Assembly (NCBI GenBank): GCA_009602735.1
Contig: WELA01001939.1
Location: 860,629-901,847 of the forward strand
Length of the DNA stretch: 41,219 bases
Source: Mesotaenium endlicherianum
Lineage: Eukaryota
Direction of reading: 5' to 3'
Shown here: one piece after another, positions 1-10,182 of the stretch
Layout: every line of letters starts with the position of its first letter
Position numbering within the stretch: position 1 is the first letter of the stretch
Position numbers and translations under genes: made by a program
The notes under the pieces: generated by a model
The model's input: only the letters and a program-made list of their open reading frames with translations
What the model was told of the DNA's origin: nothing
Databases searched by the model: none

Positions 1-264
1 CAAAAATCAAGGGTAGAAGGTATCAAAAATGGCCGGGGGACTTGACATTTGGAGAGCTATAAAACAAAGGAAGCTCATATAAGAGATCACCATGGAGTTG
101 GTGCACCCCGGCACGGCGCGTTTTTTGGCACTCTCATGGACTTATTAGCAAATGGCTAGGAATTGCTCTAAGAACCCCGCCATCAAGGTTCTCTGGAACC
201 CGTCCCACATTTTGGTTTCTTAAGTTCACAATTTTAGAAATAGCATTAAGGTGTAGCATTAGAT

Positions 265-1161
265 TTGGACTCTAATGCCAGCAGTGATCAATCTGGAGAG
301 AGCTCTTTCGAGGAGGAAGAAAATGACGATGTTCCAGTTGCTGTCAACATGGTGGAAGTGGAGGATGAGGTGGAAGAGGCCCAGGAGGAAGAAGTGTGGG
401 ACTGGCAGCTAGCAGCTGCTGGACATTCCTATGATGAGGAGCTGCTTGCTGCAACTCAGTAAGAGCAATCACCATGGTCTTATTGGCACCTTTGACAAAA
501 GATCCCGAGCTCTCTCTCTATTTGGAATGTTTTGTATACCAATGCCTATCTGGTTCTTTGAGCAGCTAGCTGTTGAGACCAATAAATATGCCACTCTCAG
601 TGGAGCCAAAAGTTGGTTGCCTGTTACTTGCACAGAGATAGTAATATTCCATGGCCTGTGCATGGCTATGGAGCTGCATCATGCATGCATTGTCAAGACT
701 GGGTAAACATTGGCAGAAAAGCCAAGACTTGGTAAATATTGGCAGAAAAGTGTGAAGGGCCCTCTTACTCTCCCTAATTTTGGTAGATTCATGAGTAGAA
801 ACAGATTCAAAGATTTTAGAAGATACTTTCATGTCAATGACAATAAGAACGAAGGCTGCTTTCCTAGAGACTCTAGTGAGAATAAATTGTGGCAACTGCA
901 GCCTTTCACAGATATTGGCCACCAAACATTCGCACAGTATTATAGCCCTGGACTGAACATGTCTGTGGATGAACGAACAATCCCAATCAAAAATAGAACA
1001 TGCCCCATTAGAGTGTACAACCCTTCCAAGCCTTACAAGTATGGCATAGAAGTGTTCACAATTTGGATGCCATTACTGACTTTTGTTATGCATTTATAAT
1101 CTACGACAGAGTCAAGTTTCTTGGTCAATAGACACAGGTTGTACTAGACTTAGTGAGTATG
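265..1161 (+). pseudogene. piggyBac-family (PGBD / DDE_Tnp_1_7-like) transposase, 5' part, frameshifted and with stops
   Basis: Consecutive ORF fragments give an acidic N-terminus, then FFEQLAVETNKYA..WLPVTCTEI, YWQK..FGRFMSRNRF..YFHVNDN, and SVDERTIPIK..YNPSKPYKYGI (first catalytic D in SVDE), all typical piggyBac motifs. The frame ends at ..VVLDLVSM (ATG 1159-1161), at the LTR insertion. Confidence 0.88.
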
Positions 1162-1882
1162 TGTAATGAATCGGTATATTAGTAGATATAATATTCATTT
1201 AAATATAATAGTTATTTAAGTTCAGCCTACTTAACTTTAGTCATTAGTCAGTCTGCTGGATTATATCTTTAATACCAGTTTAATGACTCAGCCAAAATCA
1301 GCAGGTTGAAGTCCATATAAGTCAGCTTGCTGACACATTCTTTGACAGCCAGCTGACTTCCGTACTCGGTAGCAGCGAACTGCCTTGATATGCATCTAAG
1401 TACGATATGCTAGATGAATGGCCAGATGACATCCCTATGATGGATGGCTATTCGGGATGATGGGAGATGGCGGTGGATTTGGTTAACCGAGGTCCTACCA
1501 ACGTGGTTAACTTCCGGGTAGGCGGTGCCATCGCACTGGCCGTTGAACAGTAAACTCATTCCATGTACATATTCTAGGCATTGCTCTCGAGTTCGGCATT
1601 CGGAAACGAGGCCAACTCTCCTGCACAGCTTACTGAGAGAGATATGAATCCAAGGCGAGAAGCCATTGATACGCACTGTCTTCTAACCTTGCTTATGTAT
1701 GAGTTTATTGATTTGCATTAGTGATGCTAGTTTACTCGCATTTGACTTACGAGTATTATTCACTGCTAGTGTGTTGTCCTTTGCCGTTTAACCAGTTAAC
1801 GGAAAATACCATAAAGATTACTTGCTGATATAAAGATCTTTATTAATTGTTAATCGCCTATTTGGTAAGTCGATTCATTTCA
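1162..1882 (+). repeat. 5' LTR (721 bp)
   Basis: Starts TGTAATGAAT, ends ATTCATTTCA (imperfect terminal inverted repeat). Direct repeat of 10183-11428 minus the nested insertion. Confidence 0.96.
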
Positions 1883-1883
1883 G

Positions 1884-1895
1884 TGGTATCGGAGC
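1884..1895 (+). promoter_or_regulatory. Primer binding site, tRNA-iMet type
   Basis: TGGTATCGGAGC, 1 nt after the 5' LTR; one mismatch to the common plant PBS TGGTATCAGAGC. Confidence 0.85.
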
Positions 1896-1916
1896 GGTTA
1901 TCACAGTCTTCTTTGT

Positions 1917-3407
1917 ATGGTAAGGACAAGGTCTCAAACTAGCAACTCCCGAGACATGGAGAACCAGGATAACAAGAATGTCAAAAACCAGGCGGAAAGC
2001 CATGTAGCGGGAACCCGTACCTATTCTGAAGCAGTGCCAGATACTGCAGCTAGAGAGGCTGCAGATGAGGCAGCTGCTATAGCCGCAGTCGCACCACAGC
2101 AAGCTGAGGAGGAGAGAGCCAGATTAGAAGCTGAACAATTAGCAAAGGCCGCTGAAGATACAGAAAGGAGGGAAGGACAGCCAGTTGATGAGCTCACTGT
2201 TGAAGAACTTATGGCATCGAGGGCCAATGTTCTGAACCCACCTCCTGCAGTACAACTCAACGTACCCCTAGGTCAAATACGTGACCGGCTGAATGCGGCA
2301 GGAATTGCTGCTGCAGGAGCGAGAGGGACTGTTGAGGACACTACTCAGCGAGTAGATGCCAATGCTGCTGCTGCATTTGCTAGACTACCACCCCAGAGTG
2401 TAGACTTGGGAGCATTGTTCGTTCAAATGCAGTCGCAAATGGCGACCATGTATCAGTCCCAACAGGAGGACAAAAGAATCATAATGTCCCTACTGCGGGA
2501 CAGAGACCAACTGGGGTCTCAAACCACTAGTGGTGGTGGCCGAGGGCCTAGTAAGCCCAAGCCGAAACCTCCCCAGGAATATGATCCTGAGGGAAACAGA
2601 AAATATTACCTGATCAAGTTTCTCGCGGATGTTGAGCAGTGGCTGGAGAACTACCCAGAACTGCNTCAAGAACTGCAAGATTACGAGATGGTCAGGCACA
2701 CCGGTGCGCTACTGAAAGGCAGTGCCGCAGATTGGTGGCTTTACTGGAAAGTAGAGCGTAAGGCTCGGCAACTCGGTGACCCTACGTGGGTAGAGTTTGT
2801 CAAGAAGTTGCATGAGAAGTTTGATGTCATCAACCAGCAGGAGAAAGCTATCTATGCGATGATCTCCCTCACACTGAAGCAGACCACTTCAGTTGCTGAG
2901 TTTGCTCAAAAGTTCCAAGAGAACATAATGAAGCAGCCCGATTTGCCAGACCGATATAGGATAGCATACTTCAGGTATGGCTTGAAATCCGAGGTCTCTA
3001 GTCATTTTGCTGAGAAAAAGTATGACAAACTGGCTGACTTGATCCAGGATGCGTATGTCTGGGATCAGCAGCAGTTCAATCACAAGCGCGAGAGTAATGC
3101 TTTGGTGTCTAAGGTTGTCAAAAAGCCCCACGATTCCTACAATGCAATTGAAGGAGACCAGGTTGAGGATGATCAGGGTGATGGATATGAGTATGAATAT
3201 AATGCCATACAGTCTAGAGGTAGAGGTGGTTCCTCTCGAGGCGGCTATGGAAGAGGTGGTGGTAGGACTAAGCCGAGACCAGCCTCAGCAAAATCTACTT
3301 GCTACCATTGTCAGCAGAAAGGCCACTACAGAGAACAGTGTCCGGTCAAGCACCTGCCTAAGGTCGAGAGAAAAGACCAGCCTTTAAAAGACAGCAACAG
3401 TCAGTAA
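1917..3407 (+). CDS. gag: Retrotransposon Gag (capsid domain + CCHC zinc knuckle), 496 aa
   Basis: LLKGSAADWW..PTWVEFVKKLHEKF..LKQTTSVAEFAQKF..FRYGLK capsid motifs; RGG-rich segment; CYHCQQKGHYREQC zinc knuckle. Confidence 0.93.
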   Translation: MVRTRSQTSNSRDMENQDNKNVKNQAESHVAGTRTYSEAVPDTAAREAADEAAAIAAVAPQQAEEERARLEAEQLAKAAEDTERREGQPVDELTVEELMASRANVLNPPPAVQLNVPLGQIRDRLNAAGIAAAGARGTVEDTTQRVDANAAAAFARLPPQSVDLGALFVQMQSQMATMYQSQQEDKRIIMSLLRDRDQLGSQTTSGGGRGPSKPKPKPPQEYDPEGNRKYYLIKFLADVEQWLENYPELXQELQDYEMVRHTGALLKGSAADWWLYWKVERKARQLGDPTWVEFVKKLHEKFDVINQQEKAIYAMISLTLKQTTSVAEFAQKFQENIMKQPDLPDRYRIAYFRYGLKSEVSSHFAEKKYDKLADLIQDAYVWDQQQFNHKRESNALVSKVVKKPHDSYNAIEGDQVEDDQGDGYEYEYNAIQSRGRGGSSRGGYGRGGGRTKPRPASAKSTCYHCQQKGHYREQCPVKHLPKVERKDQPLKDSNSQ

Positions 3408-3496
3408 TCCAGTCTACTGACTGTGAGGATGCTAGAGATAGTGAGTCGTCACTAGCTGCCCTCGTAGCAGGTATTATGGGTCCTGCTGAACTGGAT
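3383..3496 (+). promoter_or_regulatory. Putative -1 programmed ribosomal frameshift signal
   Basis: T TTA AAA heptamer in the gag frame (3383-3389), pol in the -1 frame (open from 3362), 7-nt spacer, then a perfect 10-bp stem 3397-3406/3415-3424. Confidence 0.8.
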
Positions 3497-6400
3497 TCAC
3501 TATGCATGCCTGACAACCAGATAAAGGAGACCATCAGCAATATAGACGTCCAGAGAGTGCACACTCTGGATGCTCTTGTTCCACCTGATGTCCAACATTT
3601 CTTTGCTACGTCAGGAGAACAATGCGAAAGTCAGGAAAAGACAGTCCCCCCTATCCTACTGCATTGCATGATTGCAGGTAGGAAGGTGAGGGCATTTGTT
3701 GACGGAGGGGCGTCACATACTTTTATCCACAAGGACTTAGTTAAGCGGCTAAGGCTGCCTACTGTCACCCAAGGGAATAGAAAAATATTCCTTGGAGATG
3801 CCTCAAGTATCCCGGGAGGAGTTATAACCAAGCCTATTGAGGTCCAGTTAGGTTCTGGCATTGCAGTTCTAACTGAAACGCTTACATTTGAGGTACTCAA
3901 CACTGGCTTTTATGATCTCGTGCTAGGCAGGTCCTGGCTTAATAGACATCAAGCTGAAGTGTGTTGGAGCAGAGGTACAGTTAAAGTGAGAGGAGCCAGT
4001 GATGGGCAGACTGACTTGGCACCCACCAGTGCTCTTCCTCTTGTCCTGTGTAGATGGCAAATGAAGGAAACCAAGAGGCTTCCAAAAGGATGCAAGTTGC
4101 TGAATGCAATGGAGTTCGTCAAAAGCTGGAACCAGAAGGAAGACAGAATGTTCTGTCTGCTGCTAAGAGAGGTACCTCCTCAACCTGAAGAAGTGGTTGA
4201 GAAAAAGGTAAGCCCTCCGGAGCACCCTGCTGCTGCAAAAATTGTTGCTCAGTACCCGGATGTATTTAATATGCCTCCAGGACTACCCCCTAAGAGGGAA
4301 GTAGATCATAGGATTGATTTATTACCTGGAAGTCAGCCACCTCGGCAACGCACGTATGGCTTGTCTTATGTGGAGAGCGAGGAGTTGAAAACACAGATTG
4401 CAGAGCTTGAGGAAAAAAAATGGTTATATTTCTTCCAGTAAATCACCTTACGGCGCACCCATCCGATGTGTTAAGAAAAAGGATGGCAGTATGCGGATGT
4501 GTGTGGATTACAGAGCCCTGAACATAATTACAGTAAAGAACAAGTATGCTTTACCCAGGATCGAGGACTTGCTTGATACCCTGTCTGGTGCTAAGGTGTT
4601 CAGTAAGATAGATCTCAAGAGTGGTTATCATCAAATCAGAATTGCTGAGGGGGATGAACACAAGACTGCTTTCCGCACACGTTATGGACACTATGAGTTC
4701 AACGTGATGCCATTTGGACTAACTAATGCTCCTGCCACCTTCATGGGTGCTATGAATGACATTTTTAGACCTTATTTGGATAAGTTTGTGCAAGTTTTCC
4801 TGGATGATATTTTAATTTTCTCTAAAGATGAAGCTCAGCACACTGAATACTTAAAGACAGTCCTGGACACTCTGCGGAAAAATCACTTATATGCTAAAAT
4901 GAGCAAGTGTGATTTCTTTAAGGAAAGTATTGAATTCTTAGGCCACGTTGGCAGTAAAGAGGGCATCAGTGTGGATCCTAAGAAAGTCCAAACCATAAGG
5001 GACTGGCCAGTACCACAGTCTGTCTCTGAAGTTAGATCCTTCCTCGGGTTGGCTAACTACTATAGGAGATTTATTAAGAGTTATTCCACGAAGGCTAGTA
5101 AACTGACTGACCTTACTAAGAAAGACATAGGGTATGTGTGGGGGGGGGAGCAGCAGGCTGCCTTCCAGACCCTTAAAGATGCCCTTTGTTCTGCCCCAGT
5201 GCTAGCCGTGTATGACCCCAGCAAACCGGTGCAGGTGGTTACTGATGCCTCTGATTTTGCCATGGGTGCTATTTTGTTGCAGCCTGCTGACAAAACCACA
5301 AAGGATGGTAAGGTACGGCAGGAGTGGCATCCTGTGTTGTATGAGTCTATGAAATTTAATCCAGCGGAGATTAATTACTCAGTGCATGATAAGGAGCTGC
5401 TAGCTATAATTAATGTGCTCAAACAGTGGAGAGCATACTTACATGGCAAAGCCTTTAAGGTGATTACAGATCATCTAGCTCTGACCCACTTTCAGAAGAA
5501 GTCCAAGCTGTCGAGGAGGGAGAACCGCTGGAGCCAGATGCTGGAGCAGTTCCAAGTCCAGATCGACTACAAACCAGGGAAGTTGAATCCTGCTGATGCA
5601 CTCCCTAGAAGACCTGACTTGCAAGAAAGGAACTTTAGTCAGCATGCTGTAGATAAAGTCCTGTGTGCACTCACTTCACTAAAGGTGAAAAAGTCCTTCC
5701 TTGAACAACTTAGGAAAGCCTACCTTTCTGACCCAACATTTGAGCCCGGCCCCACTACTGGTATGTGTCGTGCTACCGCACTCGGGTATAAGCTCAAGGG
5801 AGGGGTCTGGGTGACTGAAACCACTTCAGGCAAGCTGAAGCTGGTCATTCCTAATAATTTGGAAATAAGGTCTCTCTTACTGAGTCAAGCGCATGACAAT
5901 CTCCTGGGTGGACATTTGGGGCAGGCCAAAACTGTTGGCAAACTGGCAAAACATTATCATTGGGAGGGGTTACCCCGGGAGGTCTTGAAATATGTCAAGT
6001 CCTGTGACCAGTGTTAGAGAAATAAGTCTCGGCACACACCACCCGGAGGTCTCTTGCAACCACTGCCCATCCCAGCTGGGCGCTGGGAAACTATATCCAT
6101 GGACTGGGTGGTCTCACTACCAAGAATTGCCAATGGGCATGATTCAAAACTGGTAGTCGTGGATAAACTGACAAAATGGTCATTTTTATCCCCACCACTG
6201 TCAAAGTGACTGCACTCGAAACAGCGAGACAGTTCTACAACCATGTAGTATGCCAACATGGGCTTCCATCTAATATCGTCTCAGACAGAGACTCAAAATT
6301 TACCTCTAAGTTCTGGAGAGCTTTAATGGGGTTAATGGGAGTCAAACAGCTGCTCAGCACAGCGAACCACCCTCAGACTGATGGGCAGACTGAAAGAACT

Positions 6401-7194
6401 AACCGAGTTCTGCAATAGGTGCTGAGAGCATATATTAACCAAAACAAGATAATTGGGATGACCTGTTGCCTCAAATTCAGTTTGCGGTCAACAGTGCGGT
6501 GCACGCGTCAACGGGCAAGACTCCTTTTGAACTCAGCCTGGGTAGAGTCCCTAAGTCTCCTTTAGATGTACTGGGGGAGTCTTTAACTGACCCTGAAGGG
6601 ATTGACAATCCGGTCTCCCTCCAGTTAACTCAGGTGTTTGCTGACACCCTATCAGAAGTCCAACAAAACCTGCACAAAGCCCAAGAAAAGCAACAAAAAT
6701 ACGCTAATCAACACCGTCGGGAGCTGACCTTTTCTAAAGGCGAATTGGTCAAACTGCATTCTCAGCACCTGTACCTCCCTAGTGTGGTCAAGAAAAAGCT
6801 TGGCCCTGTCAGGGTCGGTCCATATTTGGTGGTGCGTTGTGTCGGTCAGAATGCTTACAAACTGAACATGTCAGCCGAATACAAGGGTCACTCGGTCTTT
6901 AATGTCTCCTTCCTGGAACCATACATCAAAGGTGATACACTGTTCACAGGTCGGTTACCTGTCCAACCGAGACCGGTCCCCGCTGTCAGGGACGGCGACT
7001 CTGACAAATATGAGGTTGAGGAGATTTTAGACGCGCGCTCGGTCCGTCGATCGTTTAAATATGTCATGAAATACCTCATTCGATGGAAGGGTTACGATGC
7101 CTCGGGGGACACTTGGGAGTTTAAGGACCACTTGACCAATGCCAAAGGGGCGTTGACACGGTTCCACCTCCGGGCCGTTGGAGTCCCTTCATAA
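3383..7194 (+). pseudogene. pol: Pol polyprotein (protease, RT, RNase H, integrase, chromodomain), disrupted
   Basis: Protease [51 protein letters not shown]; RNase [12 protein letters not shown]; integrase HHCC (AHD..GH..CDQC), VSDRDSKF, HPQTDGQTER; chromodomain YEVEEILD..YLIRWKGY..DTWE. Frameshifts in A-runs at ~4413-4420, ~6173-6176 and ~6441-6444; in-frame TAG at 6015 and 6416. Confidence 0.95.
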
Positions 7195-7592
7195 CTGTCA
7201 TTTCAGTTGACACGGGAAGGTGACAGGCGGTCCTGTCTCCATTTAAGTTGGAGGGGAAAATATATGACAGTCAGTGAGCGAGAGCGATGAAGGGACGGTT
7301 ACGTGAATCCTAATGGTCAGCATACTGACAGAGGGGACAGCCTGGCCCACATAAAGCACCTTGAGCTGAAGGAAAAAGGGCCTCGCACAACACTACATCA
7401 CTTAACTCACCCTAAAACACANAAACACATTCATACGGTTATGTTTAGCGCATCGCAACTACGTCAACTTTTAGCAATCACCCTGTAAGGTAAACAGCAG
7501 CGAATCCACTATACTAATACTAACATACTTCCTGCAATCCCTATAACAAAGGTCCATATCCTACTAACTTGTGCCCTGGTTACATGTGCAGG

Positions 7593-8312
7593 ATGGCTCC
7601 CACCACACAAAAGGAGGACAGAAAGCGCAAGGCAGAAGAAGCCAGGAGGACAATGGAGCAATACCAGAAGGAGCTGGCGGCGACGTCCCTCACCAGGAGA
7701 GAACAAGAAAGGGTCCGCAGACAACAAGAGGCGGCAGAAGAAGCACAGAGGAAGAAGGATCAGGAAGCGGAACACCTCAGGAAAGCTGAGGAGGCGAGAC
7801 GGAAGAAACAACAAGAAGAAGCGGCAGCGACAGAGGAGGAGAAAAAGAAAAAGATTGAAGCGGACAGACAGAAGAGCTTGGCCACTTACAGGTATACTGT
7901 GGTGGGTGGCCAAGACTTTGATAACCTGAAGAAAGCATTGCTGGCAGCCCAGGAGATCAACAAGCTGGAACAGACAACACTGCTACAGAGGGAAGGGACT
8001 GCAGCACTGGATAGGTACATTGAGACACACACCGGTGTGGTCCTTCACGAAGATTATGCTAAGATGGTGGGCTATACAGCAGAGTAGGCCCGTTACCTTG
8101 CAGATGATTCAGAAGACAAGCCGGTCTCCATACCGGGAATAGTGGGAGATCAGAGACTCATCCGGATGGTGAGCATGCGGCCCGATAGCTTTAAGGATAC
8201 GGTATTCTACCTCACACTACTACCAGCTTACAATGAAGTTGAGAGAAGGAGCTGGGAGTACTTGGCCAGAGAAGCAGGACAGCAGATGTTCTGTAAGGTT
8301 ATGAAAGTGTAG
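7593..8312 (+). pseudogene. Extra ORF1 of the retrotransposon (coiled-coil N-half), 239 codons with one internal TAG at 8085
   Basis: MAPTTQKED.. E/K/R/Q-rich helical region. The same frame stays open ~74 more codons after TAG 8085-8087 (ARYLADDSEDKPVSIPG..FCKVMKV*). Confidence 0.6.
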
Positions 8313-8747
8313 TTTGTTTCTTTCTAGTATTTTATATGCATAGAGTGTGATTTTAGAAGAACTTTGGCCTTTATTTCAAGTCATTTGGACAAATATTGAG
8401 ATAGTTATGAATTTTGAAAGTTTTTAGTGAGTTTTTAATGTCACAGATTCTATTTAGTGACAAGGACAGGTCCAGTGACGAAAATTTCGGTTGGAGTCCA
8501 GAAAGTAGGACATTGAAACATGAGGGTTCCAGAAAGTACGTACAATTACGTAGAGTGCCAAAGTGATCGTGGAATTTCTAGAAACTCCGTGAGGAGTTAG
8601 TGGATTGTGTAGTAGAATATTCTAGAGTGTGATTGTGTGCGTGTGAGTGTGCTAGCTTGTCCAACTAGGCAAGGTCAAGTACATGGAAGGAGCCATAGGA
8701 GAAGGTTCTGGAGGTACCTTGCTAGAGAGGACACTTAGAGTTAAAGG

Positions 8748-8934
8748 NNNNNNNNNNNNNNNNNNNNNNNNNNNNNNNNNNNNNNNNNNNNNNNNNNNNN
8801 NNNNNNNNNNNNNNNNNNNNNNNNNNNNNNNNNNNNNNNNNNNNNNNNNNNNNNNNNNNNNNNNNNNNNNNNNNNNNNNNNNNNNNNNNNNNNNNNNNNN
8901 NNNNNNNNNNNNNNNNNNNNNNNNNNNNNNNNNN
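8748..8934. other. Assembly gap
   Basis: Run of N. Confidence 1.
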
Positions 8935-9172
8935 CATGTAGCCCTCTAACTCTTGCAAGAGTGGCATACCACCAGGCCACTCCACCTTGTGTATGCAACT
9001 AGGAAAGGTCCTCGTGCACGCTTCCACTCGCGGGTGAGGGTGCGTGAGTGTGTATGGGCGCACTCCCCGCACCCTTCCCCCTTTCATGTTCTCTCCCTAG
9101 TGGTTCCCGTGTAAACTGAGGAAGCCTGAGCACGGACCCCAGTACTACCAGCAGCCAACAGACTGGAGGTGG

Positions 9173-10069
9173 ATGACCGTCACAAATAAGAAGCAGGAGT
9201 GTGACCGAGCCCAACCGGATGACTTCCACTATGGCCTAGACGGCTTTCTCATCCTACCACCTCACATTGCCCCTTGGGACCCCAGGCTGAATGGATGCCT
9301 GAGCAATATGAATGCAGAGACCAAGGAGCATAGGAGGAGGGGAAGAGACTACTTCTCTAAGGGAAAGCATGCCTTTGTCAAATGGGCGAAGAATGCAGGC
9401 CGGATAGATATCAGCAGGCTGACGGCCAAGCAACCTCCAGCGCGCCCTAAGAAAGGGAGGTCGGTAGACTACTCCATGTCTACTAGGGAGCAGGACGACT
9501 TAGTGGACGAGACCCCTACTCTCTCCGAGGAGGAGGATGAGGAGGATGAGGAAGAAGAACAAGGCAGAGGAGAAGCATCAGCAGCAGGTACTCAGGATAC
9601 CCAGGGGCAGGCAGGGGCGCTTCCTAAAGAACCACGATCAGGTATTTGGAATGTGATCCCCGTTATGGCGACAACTGGACCCCGCGCTCGCTCCCCCAGC
9701 CCACCTGCCCAAGCAGGGGAAGAAGCTGATCTGACTGTACTGGGCAGCAGACACAGGCAGAAATCCCCAGAGGACAGGGGTGTCAGAAGAGGGACACGCG
9801 GGTGGGCCAAAGGTATGCCGGCCTCCCCCTCCGCTCAGGGGCATGTACCTCTAGCCAATGTATTTCAGCATCCTACTGAAATGCCTGTCTATGAGGGAAT
9901 CAACACCCAAGTGGTTGAAGAGCAGGCCACCATCCTCTGTTCTCCTCGAGGGCCAACTTTAGAGCAAACAGGGTTCTTTATAAGGCCAGCTGACAGACCT
10001 AGAGGGCTGTCCAGATCTAGGTCCAGATTTCTGTCTCCTGATCCTGAAGCTCCAAGAACAACCCCTTAA
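9173..10069 (+). CDS. Extra ORF2 of the retrotransposon, unknown function (frame open from 9101)
   Basis: 298-aa ORF inside the element. ~100-aa non-repetitive N-part followed by an acidic tract and a P/R/S-rich low-complexity tail. Confidence 0.55.
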   Translation: MTVTNKKQECDRAQPDDFHYGLDGFLILPPHIAPWDPRLNGCLSNMNAETKEHRRRGRDYFSKGKHAFVKWAKNAGRIDISRLTAKQPPARPKKGRSVDYSMSTREQDDLVDETPTLSEEEDEEDEEEEQGRGEASAAGTQDTQGQAGALPKEPRSGIWNVIPVMATTGPRARSPSPPAQAGEEADLTVLGSRHRQKSPEDRGVRRGTRGWAKGMPASPSAQGHVPLANVFQHPTEMPVYEGINTQVVEEQATILCSPRGPTLEQTGFFIRPADRPRGLSRSRSRFLSPDPEAPRTTP

Positions 10070-10167
10070 TGTGACAAGCTGAAAAAGCAGTCAGTAGGGG
10101 AGGCTGGTCAGGTTCAGTTCCCTTATTTAAGGCTTTTGCAGTTTAATGTTGTCGAGGTGACAACAAG

Positions 10168-10181
10168 TTAAGTTGGAGGGA
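10168..10181 (+). promoter_or_regulatory. Polypurine tract
   Basis: TTAAGTTGGAGGGA immediately upstream of the 3' LTR TG at 10183. Confidence 0.8.
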
Positions 10182-10182
10182 T

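Noticed and set aside
7569..10069. Calling the extra ORFs env
   Set aside because: No signal peptide, transmembrane helix or furin-site architecture visible.
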